Shown piece after piece: positions 1 to 5,968 of a DNA stretch of 32,000 bases. This DNA is from Geotalea uraniireducens Rf4 (GTDB lineage: Bacteria; Desulfobacterota; Desulfuromonadia; Geobacterales; Geobacteraceae). The stretch covers positions 2,790,001 through 2,822,000 of the forward strand of contig NC_009483.1 in assembly GCF_000016745.1 (NCBI RefSeq), in the 5' to 3' direction. Below the pieces are notes generated by a model. The model saw only the letters and a list, made by a program, of their open reading frames with translations. It was not told where the DNA came from and did no database searches. How positions within the stretch are numbered: position 1 is the stretch's first letter; every line of letters starts with the position of its first letter. Position numbers and translations under genes: made by a program.

Positions 1-301
1 TGGTTTCGAAATTGCCTACCCTATCCCCGCCGATGCTGCCGTTGAAATCGGTATGGGTGATATCCAGCTCAGCGGCGATGTTCTTGTTTATGCCGTAGAT
101 GAAGCCGCCACCGCCGACGAAACCGGTATCAGTGTCGACATTAAATGTGGGAGAAGCGGAGGTATCCTCACTGTCCGCAGGGACCAGAAAACCGATCCGC
201 CCGGTAACGCCCACTTTTCCCGCGATGTTCTCCGCACAGGCGGTTCCTGCCATAAGGGCCACAGCCGCAACGCAACTGATCATAACGCACAATCTTTTCA
301 T
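1..301 (-). CDS. Outer-membrane beta-barrel protein (OmpW/OmpA-like beta-barrel type), N-terminal part; continues past the left edge
   Basis: Absent from the ORF track because no stop lies in the window. Minus-strand ATG at 301-299 is preceded by AGGAGGA. Translation MKRLCVMISCVAAVALMAGTACA/ENIAGKVGVTGRIGFLVPADSEDTSASPTFNVDTDTGFVGGGGFIYGINKNIAAELDITHTDFNG... shows a Sec signal peptide with an A-x-A site, then a Gly-rich alternating beta-strand pattern. Confidence 0.6.
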   Translation of the reverse strand, partial: MKRLCVMISCVAAVALMAGTACAENIAGKVGVTGRIGFLVPADSEDTSASPTFNVDTDTGFVGGGGFIYGINKNIAAELDITHTDFNGSIGGDRVGNFET

Positions 302-476
302 ATCTTTCCTCCTGTCATTGACATTGTTTATATTATTTTCTGTTTTTTCCGCGCACTTTGCGCGGAAGTTCACCCTGTCCGTCTGCCGCGAAAACCGGCG
401 ATTCCTGCATCCACCGCAGACAGATGTAACCGTGTACGTGTACCGCTTCACCACCTCCCTTCTGCCGATTTTCCAC

Positions 477-595
477 AAAAAAAAGCCGGGTTGCCGAATA
501 TCGTCTGATATTTCGGCAACCCGGCTGTCTGGCTTGAGACCCTTTAGGCTTTCCGCCCCATCCTCACGGATGGTTTAGTATTATCGTCTACCAAC
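477..595 (-). ncRNA. GEMM-I class cyclic-dinucleotide riboswitch (c-di-GMP-I, possibly cGAMP-type GEMM-Ib) with an intrinsic-terminator expression platform
   Basis: Minus-strand RNA: ACGAUAAUACUAAACCAUCCGUGAGGAUGGGGCGGAAAGCCUAAAGGGUCUCAAGCCAGACAGCCGGGUUGCCGAAAUAUC. It carries the GEMM-I core as I remember it: AAACC, a 4-bp stem AUCC/GGAU capped by GNRA loop GUGA, GGGGCGGAAAGCC (compare GGGACGCAAAGCC), and 3' GCCGGGUUGCCGA (compare GCGGGGUUACCGA). The 3' aptamer strand doubles as the 5' arm of a strong hairpin (485-525) followed by U8 (484-477 on the minus strand). It lies about 175 nt upstream of the OMP start at 301. Confidence 0.65.
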
Positions 596-674
596 TGCAC
601 GTGCTCATCTGTATTTCGTAACGCGGTACTGTTCTTACCAAAGAACCGCGCCGGATGTCAATGAAAAACACATT

Positions 675-778
675 ACACCCTCCCCCCACCCCCTCCCATC
701 AAGGGAGTGGAGCTTTAAAGTCCCCTCGCCCCTTGTGAACCCAAATTGCGGGTCTAAAGGGCTAGGGTGAGGGAGGAA
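675..778. repeat. G/C-tract hairpin intergenic repeat (REP-like), locus 1
   Basis: ccctccccccaccccctcccatcaagggag...tcccctcgcccc...ggtgagggagg. Runs of C5-7/G5-7 form short hairpins (CTCCC-atcaa-GGGAG). Same compositional class as loci at 7981, 9433, 12190 and 13981. Confidence 0.6.
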
Positions 779-788
779 GAAAAATGGA

Positions 789-1616
789 TTAATTGCGCTC
801 TTTCTCGCGGTGGCCGATGCCGAGGGCGGTAAGCCCTTTCTGCAGGTCGTGCAGGGCGGCGCCGAGCTGGGCATCCAGAACGGCTTGGTCGCTCCCCACG
901 GCTGTGAGGGTGATATCGAGCTCCCGTGTCTCGCCGAGGGTTCTGGCCAGGGACTTGATGTAAATGCTGGGGTGATCGTTGACCACCCGGCTGAGCACCG
1001 GTTCCATCAACGACTCGTCGTTGCTTTGCACGGTGATGGTCTGCATGACCGAGATGCCGCCGCGAAAGGTCTCTTGCAGGAAAGGCTGGAGGGAACTGTT
1101 GAAGATGCCTTTCAGTTCCGACGGAACACCGGGAAGGCTGATAATGGCAGCCCGTCCGGTCTTGAGCAGGACACCGGGAGCGGTGCCGACCGGATTTGAG
1201 AGCGGCACGGCCCCCTCGGGGAGCCAGGCCATCTTCTCCCGGGCCGGGTTCAGCCCTCCCTGGGTGAGCACCCCCTGGGCAGTCAACTCGTCATAGCGAT
1301 CCCTGACCATCTGCAGGGCCTGTTCATGGAGCCGCACCTCCACGCCGACACCCCGTGCCACTGCGGCAAGGGTAAGATCATCGGCAGTGGGGCCGAGGCC
1401 GCCTGAGGTGATAATAACTTCAGCGCCGCGCGCAAGCGCCGCATGCACCTCGCCGGCTATGACCGCGTCCACGTCGCGCAACAGCGTGACCCTGGCGACG
1501 CGTCCACCCAGGCTGTTGATTTCTTTGCACAGCCAGTGCGTGTTCGTGTCCTGGATATCGCCGATGAGTATCTCGTTGCCGATAATGAATATTTCCACAA
1601 TGACCGGTTCTGACAT
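789..1616 (-). CDS. CinA-like molybdopterin-binding (MoCF_biosynth/MoaB-Mog fold) domain protein, without the C-terminal PncC deamidase domain
   Basis: 275 aa. N-terminus EIFIIGNEILIGDIQDTNTHWLCKEINSLGG...VIITSGGLGPTADDLT is the CinA/MoaB signature. AGGAG lies 5 nt before the ATG at 1616. Confidence 0.8.
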   Translation of the reverse strand: MSEPVIVEIFIIGNEILIGDIQDTNTHWLCKEINSLGGRVARVTLLRDVDAVIAGEVHAALARGAEVIITSGGLGPTADDLTLAAVARGVGVEVRLHEQALQMVRDRYDELTAQGVLTQGGLNPAREKMAWLPEGAVPLSNPVGTAPGVLLKTGRAAIISLPGVPSELKGIFNSSLQPFLQETFRGGISVMQTITVQSNDESLMEPVLSRVVNDHPSIYIKSLARTLGETRELDITLTAVGSDQAVLDAQLGAALHDLQKGLTALGIGHREKERN

Positions 1617-1646
1617 GTTAACTCCTGAATCTGGAAATTAATGACG

Positions 1647-1811
1647 AGGAGTCTGTCGGACTTAGGAATGAATCTACTGCGAGAATGGCAAATCGGTCCA
1701 TATTCCCGTAAATTTTCGACGAATAGGTCCACTATTAGCTCTCAAATTACCGGAAATCTGTCCTCGATTTTCCATCCTCTCGCTACGATCCCCTAAGTCC
1801 GACAGACTCCT
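1647..1811. mobile_element. MITE-like 165-bp palindromic element with perfect 20-bp terminal inverted repeats
   Basis: aggagtctgtcggacttagg (1647-1666) is the exact reverse complement of cctaagtccgacagactcct (1792-1811). The interior arms are also imperfectly complementary (gcgagaatggcaaatcgg versus gcgagaggatggaaaatcgagg on the reverse complement). The interior is AT-richer than its flanks. No transposase is present. Confidence 0.5.
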
Positions 1812-2013
1812 AGGATTGTAACCCGATTGGCAGATACCAGGCAACCTTGACATCGAATTTTTTGCAATCCGGGTGCTTGCAATAATAGCTGTACGCAAAC
1901 GCAAGGCTATAAGGGCAACGGCAGGCATCATCCGCCAGGCATTTATATACCTGCCCATGGACATGGCGAATACTGCAAAAAGCCGCATCAGGAAATGTAC
2001 GGGGGGAATTCAT
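1810..2013 (-). CDS. Small Cys/His-rich hypothetical protein (67 aa)
   Basis: ATG at 2013 is preceded by AAGGAG with a 6-nt spacer. Translation: MNSPRTFPDAAFCSIRHVHGQVYKCLADDACRCPYSLAFAYSYYCKHPDCKKFDVKVAWYLPIGLQS. Its stop codon (1812-1810) lies inside the right inverted repeat of the MITE-like element. No family recognised. Confidence 0.4.
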   Translation of the reverse strand: MNSPRTFPDAAFCSIRHVHGQVYKCLADDACRCPYSLAFAYSYYCKHPDCKKFDVKVAWYLPIGLQS

Positions 2014-2107
2014 CGGCAACTCCTTTACCAGGTTGAATGATTGTCGGTTAACCATTTTCTTCTTCCCCCTGCACATTAAATCCTGCAATAAATGACAATT
2101 TTACCTA

Positions 2108-3523
2108 TCAGGCAGCGCCGCTCAAGAAGCCGTGGATGGCTGCGGCGGCCTGCTTGCCGTCCCCCATGGCGAGGATGACCGTAGCTCCGCCGCGGACGAT
2201 GTCTCCGCCGGCGAAAACACCGGGAATGCTGGTGGCGCCCTGCTCGTCGCTGACGATGTTCCCCCACTTGTTCAGGGCCAGATCAGGCGCAGTGGCGGTC
2301 AGGAGCGGATTGGACCTGGTGCCGATGGCGTTCACCACCACATCGACCGGCACTTCATATCTGGAATTGGCAACGGGAACCGGCTTGCGTCGTCCCGACT
2401 CGTCCGACTGCCCCAGTTCCATTTTTTCGCAGCTGAGCGCGGCCGTCCACCCCTTGTCATCGCCGATGATCTCCAGAGGCGCTGTCAGCATGACAAACTC
2501 CACACCCTCTTCCTTGGCATGCCTGATCTCCTCGATCCTGGCCGGCATTTCCGCTTCGCTTCGCCTGTAGATGATCATCGCCCGTTCCGCGCCAAGCCTT
2601 CTGGCTGTACGAACGCAGTCCATGGCGGTATTGCCGCCGCCGATGACCGCTACGGAGTTCCCCTTGATGATCGGAGTCGGGGAGTTGGGGTTGCACCCCG
2701 CCTCCATCAGGTTGACCCTTGTCAGGAACTCGTTGGCCGAGTAGACACCCTTCAGGTTTTCCCCAGGCATATTGAGCATCACCGGCAGCCCTGCTCCATT
2801 GGCGATGAAGACCGCATCGAACTGCTCGCGGAGCTGATCCAGTGTCATGGTCTTGCCGATGATGACGTTGCACTCAATCTCCACACCAAGGGCAAGGAGC
2901 CGGTCCACCTCCACGTCGATGATCTCCTTCGGCAGACGGAACTCGGGAATGCCGTACCGGAGAACCCCGCCGGTGTCGTGCAACGCCTCGAAAATGGTGA
3001 CAGTATGCCCTTTTCTGGCCAGCTCTCCGGCAGCGGTGAGCCCGGCAGGACCGCAACCGACAACCGCAACCTTTTTGCCTGTGCCGGTCGGGAGTGGCTC
3101 GCTGCGAAGCTTATCGGCATTGGTCATGGCCCAGTCAGCCACAAACCGCTCCAGGTAGCCGATGGCAACCGCCTCACCCTTCACTCCGCGCACACATCGG
3201 GCTTCGCACTGGCTCTCCTGGGGGCAGACCCGGCCGCAGACAGCCGGCAAAGCATTGTCGCCCTGGAGAATCCGGGCAGCTTTGGGGAGCTTTTCAGCAG
3301 CCAGGGCGTCGATGAACTCGGGGATGGAGACCCCCACCGGACATCCCTCGACACACGGGCGGGTCTTGCACTGGATGCAGCGTTGTGCCTCCCTGACCGC
3401 CTCTTCCCGGGCAAGCCCCTGATTGACCTCTTCAAAATTCCTGCTGCGCAGTTCCGCGTCAAGCTCGGGCATATGGACCCGATCGATGGCAAGCCGTTCT
3501 TTGGCTGTAAGGTTGTTACACAT
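2108..3523 (-). CDS. nfnB: NfnB/SudA/GltD-family NAD(P)H oxidoreductase large subunit (NADH-dependent reduced ferredoxin:NADP+ oxidoreductase beta-type)
   Basis: 471 aa. N-terminal Fe-S Cys clusters (CIQCKTRPCVEGCP; CGRVCPQESQCEARC). Two dinucleotide folds (VAVVGCGPAGLTAAGELARKGH; VAVIGGGNTAMDC). An 8-nt overlap (ATGTGTAA) with the upstream partner gene. Confidence 0.85.
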   Translation of the reverse strand: MCNNLTAKERLAIDRVHMPELDAELRSRNFEEVNQGLAREEAVREAQRCIQCKTRPCVEGCPVGVSIPEFIDALAAEKLPKAARILQGDNALPAVCGRVCPQESQCEARCVRGVKGEAVAIGYLERFVADWAMTNADKLRSEPLPTGTGKKVAVVGCGPAGLTAAGELARKGHTVTIFEALHDTGGVLRYGIPEFRLPKEIIDVEVDRLLALGVEIECNVIIGKTMTLDQLREQFDAVFIANGAGLPVMLNMPGENLKGVYSANEFLTRVNLMEAGCNPNSPTPIIKGNSVAVIGGGNTAMDCVRTARRLGAERAMIIYRRSEAEMPARIEEIRHAKEEGVEFVMLTAPLEIIGDDKGWTAALSCEKMELGQSDESGRRKPVPVANSRYEVPVDVVVNAIGTRSNPLLTATAPDLALNKWGNIVSDEQGATSIPGVFAGGDIVRGGATVILAMGDGKQAAAAIHGFLSGAA

Positions 3524-4370
3524 GGGCCACCCCCGTTGTTAGTTTGCATTCGTTCGCAGCATGGCAAAGGGCCGCCTCTTGGTCGCGATAGGTGGTGAGA
3601 CGATCGGAGAGGCCGGCAAAATCGACCAGGTGGCCGTCGAACTCAGGCCCGTCGACGCAGGCGAATTTGGATTCCCCGTCGACCACGACCCGACAGCCGC
3701 CGCACATGCCGGTGCCGTCGATCATGATCGGGTTGAGGCTGACGATGGTCTCGATGCCGTGGGGCCGGGTGAGCTCGGCAATGGCCCGCATCATGGGCAC
3801 CGGGCCGATGGCGAAGACCGCATCCGGCGTGCGGAGGGGATCGGCGATCAGCTCGGACAGCTCTGCGGTAACAAACCCCTTGCGCCCCAGGCTCCCGTCC
3901 TCGGTGGTGATGAGAAGCGTTTCGGAAAGTGCCGCCAGTTCATCGGCCAGGATCACGTACTGGCTGGAACGGCCGCCGATGATGGTGGTTATCTGGCTCT
4001 CGGTCGCGGCCAGGGCCTTGACGAGCGGGAAGAGGACCGCGGTGCCGACGCCGCCGCCGATGCAGGCGACCCTTTTCCAGTTGGCAAGATGGGTCGGCTT
4101 GCCGAGGGGACCGGCCACGTCCAGAATGGAGCCGCCGGCCGGGATGGCAACGATCTTCCGCGTCGAAGCGCCGATCGCCTGGATAAAGAGGGTGATGGTC
4201 CCGACCGCCGGGTCCGCATCGCCAATGGTGAGGGGTATCCGTTCATCGCCCCGCCCAACACGGACGATGACGAACTGCCCCGGTCGGCGAACCGGAGCAA
4301 TGCGCGGCGCCCGTATCACCATACGGTGAAGGTTCGGCGCCAGGATGTCGTTACTGATTACTTCGAACAT
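3516..4370 (-). CDS. nfnA: NfnA/SudB/PyrK-family ferredoxin-NADP reductase-like small subunit
   Basis: 284 aa. Flavin-reductase fold (RPGQFVIVRV, ERIPLTI) and a C-terminal 2Fe-2S Cys motif (DGTGMCGGCRVVVDGESKFACVDGPEF). GGTGG lies 8 nt upstream of the ATG at 4370. Confidence 0.85.
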   Translation of the reverse strand: MFEVISNDILAPNLHRMVIRAPRIAPVRRPGQFVIVRVGRGDERIPLTIGDADPAVGTITLFIQAIGASTRKIVAIPAGGSILDVAGPLGKPTHLANWKRVACIGGGVGTAVLFPLVKALAATESQITTIIGGRSSQYVILADELAALSETLLITTEDGSLGRKGFVTAELSELIADPLRTPDAVFAIGPVPMMRAIAELTRPHGIETIVSLNPIMIDGTGMCGGCRVVVDGESKFACVDGPEFDGHLVDFAGLSDRLTTYRDQEAALCHAANECKLTTGVAHV

Positions 4371-4407
4371 GTCTTAAACCACCTTTTTTGATTTTTATTG
4401 CCACATC

Positions 4408-4528
4408 AACGACGCCAGATTTGAGATGATAACAAGGCGGCGCGGAGAATGCGACGGAGACATAGTCTCTCTATGTCGAGGAGCTTTCGACAAGCCAACG
4501 CGGTTAGCGCTCAAATATGGCGTCGTTT
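4408..4528. repeat. Structured ~120-nt intergenic element closed by an 18-bp inverted repeat
   Basis: aacgacgccagatttgag (4409-4426) pairs with ctcaaatatggcgtcgtt (4511-4528), 17 of 18 positions. The enclosed sequence contains inner hairpins (gacatag-tctct-ctatgtc; gtcga-ggagctt-tcgac). It abuts the stop codon of the radical SAM gene. Confidence 0.45.
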
Positions 4529-5866
4529 CTAATCCAGGCAGCGGAATACCCCTGAGCTCCATAGACAACTACCGCACGGTTCCGCATTGGCATAGCAATC
4601 CTGGGCAAACGTATCCTTCTGGACCAGGTCGCAGGGAGAGCAGTTACAGCTGGAACAGACCGGATAATCGTGCCGCTGGACGTTTTCCCGGTAGGTGCGG
4701 AACTCCTTGCTGTTCCAGATTTCGAGAACGCCGCTTTCCGCCACGCTGCCGAATATCCTGGACTGCACGGGATGCAGCCAGCCGTTGGCAAAGGAGCGGC
4801 ACTGGTGCCAGAGATGATAGCAGGGATGCATCCGGCCATCCCAGGAGATGAATGCGCCCCCCTGTTCGACAAAATTGCAGCCCCGTCTTTCTCGCCGGAC
4901 TATTTCGGGAAGCCTCAGATCCAGCCCCGTTCTCCCGGCAATCTCCGTTGCCCGGTCAAACACCGCCAGAGTCTCTTCAAGACGCGTATAATCCATGTTA
5001 AAGAGTCTTTTCAGATCAAGGGCGATGCCCCGATCCTGCGCATCCGACTTAATGGCTTCGACGAAATCGACTATCCTCTGTTCATCAGGGCTCTTGCTGT
5101 ATTTCCAGAGAATTTCGAAATAGCGGAGGATATCCACTCCGACGATGTCGGCCTTGGATTTCCAGGTCTGAAACAGTAGTAACGCTTCGTCGGTGCAGAT
5201 GTCATAGGCACACTGATTGAGATGGGGTTCATCGAACGGGTGGAGGTGGGAGACAATGGCAAAGTCTGCCCCCCGTTCTGCGGCCCACTCCAATGCAGCA
5301 GGAAGCTGCTCCAGGTTGTCGCGCATGACGACGTATTCGACACCGATCTGCAGATCCGGCCGGGAACAGACCCCCTTGGCGGAGGCAAGTGCTTTCAAGG
5401 CCCATTCCAGATCGAGCAATTGGCTTCCCGCGCGGATTGCGCCGAAGGTTGTGGCATCGACACCATCCATGGACAGGCAGATCCTGTCGAGTCCCGCATC
5501 CAGCAGGGTAACGGCCCGCATGTTGGTGAGGAGGAGGCCGTTGGTCTGGAAGCCTACCCAGCTGTCTGTCGGCATCAGCTTTTTTGCCCTGGTTATGAAC
5601 TGTTCCAGATTGGGGTTAAGTAACGGCTCCCCTACCCCGTTGAGTACCAACGCTTCCAGGTTGTGAAATGCCGGTTCCAGCGCCGTAAATGTTTGCAGGT
5701 CCAGATCGCCGTCACAGGCGGTGTGATCGGGATTCTGCTTCATGCACATCACGCAGCTGAGATTGCAGCGGCTGGTCGTTTCGACGAAAAGTCTGGAGGG
5801 ATACTCCCGAAGTGCCGGAACAGGGGGGGAATCCCATTGCAAAGCTGCTGAAGATTGGATGGACAT
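4529..5866 (-). CDS. Radical SAM enzyme with C-terminal SPASM-like auxiliary-cluster domain (orphan; no adjacent peptide ORF)
   Basis: 445 aa. CNLSCVMC (Cys34/38/41) sits only about 30 residues from the N-terminus. The Cys-rich C-terminus reads GCNF...HPCYHLWHQC...VCSSCNCSPC...CYANAEPCGSCLWSSGVFRC. AAGGA lies 7 nt upstream of the ATG at 5866. Confidence 0.85.
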   Translation of the reverse strand: MSIQSSAALQWDSPPVPALREYPSRLFVETTSRCNLSCVMCMKQNPDHTACDGDLDLQTFTALEPAFHNLEALVLNGVGEPLLNPNLEQFITRAKKLMPTDSWVGFQTNGLLLTNMRAVTLLDAGLDRICLSMDGVDATTFGAIRAGSQLLDLEWALKALASAKGVCSRPDLQIGVEYVVMRDNLEQLPAALEWAAERGADFAIVSHLHPFDEPHLNQCAYDICTDEALLLFQTWKSKADIVGVDILRYFEILWKYSKSPDEQRIVDFVEAIKSDAQDRGIALDLKRLFNMDYTRLEETLAVFDRATEIAGRTGLDLRLPEIVRRERRGCNFVEQGGAFISWDGRMHPCYHLWHQCRSFANGWLHPVQSRIFGSVAESGVLEIWNSKEFRTYRENVQRHDYPVCSSCNCSPCDLVQKDTFAQDCYANAEPCGSCLWSSGVFRCLD

Positions 5867-5883
5867 ATGCGTTTCCTTGAATA

Positions 5884-5960
5884 CAGGATAAAGGATAAAG
5901 GATCGAGGATAAAGGAGCGAGGAACGAGGAAAACCTTTATCCTCGATCCTTTATCCTCGA
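5884..5960. repeat. Heptad-periodic palindromic repeat (11 heptads) in the intercistronic gap
   Basis: aggataa aggataa aggatcg aggataa aggagcg aggaacg aggaaaa cctttat cctcgat cctttat cctcgaa. Positions 5892-5914 and 5933-5955 form a perfect 23-bp stem around an 18-nt loop. Confidence 0.8.
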
Positions 5961-5968
5961 ACCTGAAT

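Noticed and set aside
635-874. 79-aa ORF across the REP-like element. The 12199..12606 ORF likewise starts in a repeat.
   Set aside because: These are Pro/Gly/Ser-rich translations of G/C-tract hairpins with no RBS, the classic spurious calls over REP-like repeats.
2132-3598. 488-aa plus-strand ORF antisense to nfnB. Similar long antisense ORFs lie at 3561..4391, 8099..9436, 9228..10853, 14261..16015 and 20344..21603.
   Set aside because: These are shadow ORFs typical of GC-rich DNA. Their translations are Arg/Gly/Pro/Ala-rich low-complexity sequences with no motifs, while the opposite strand encodes clearly recognisable proteins.
4371-4420. Sigma-54-like GG element (TGGCAATAAAAATCA) upstream of nfnA on the minus strand
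   Set aside because: The -12 TTGC element is absent (AATC instead), so it does not fit the -24/-12 consensus.
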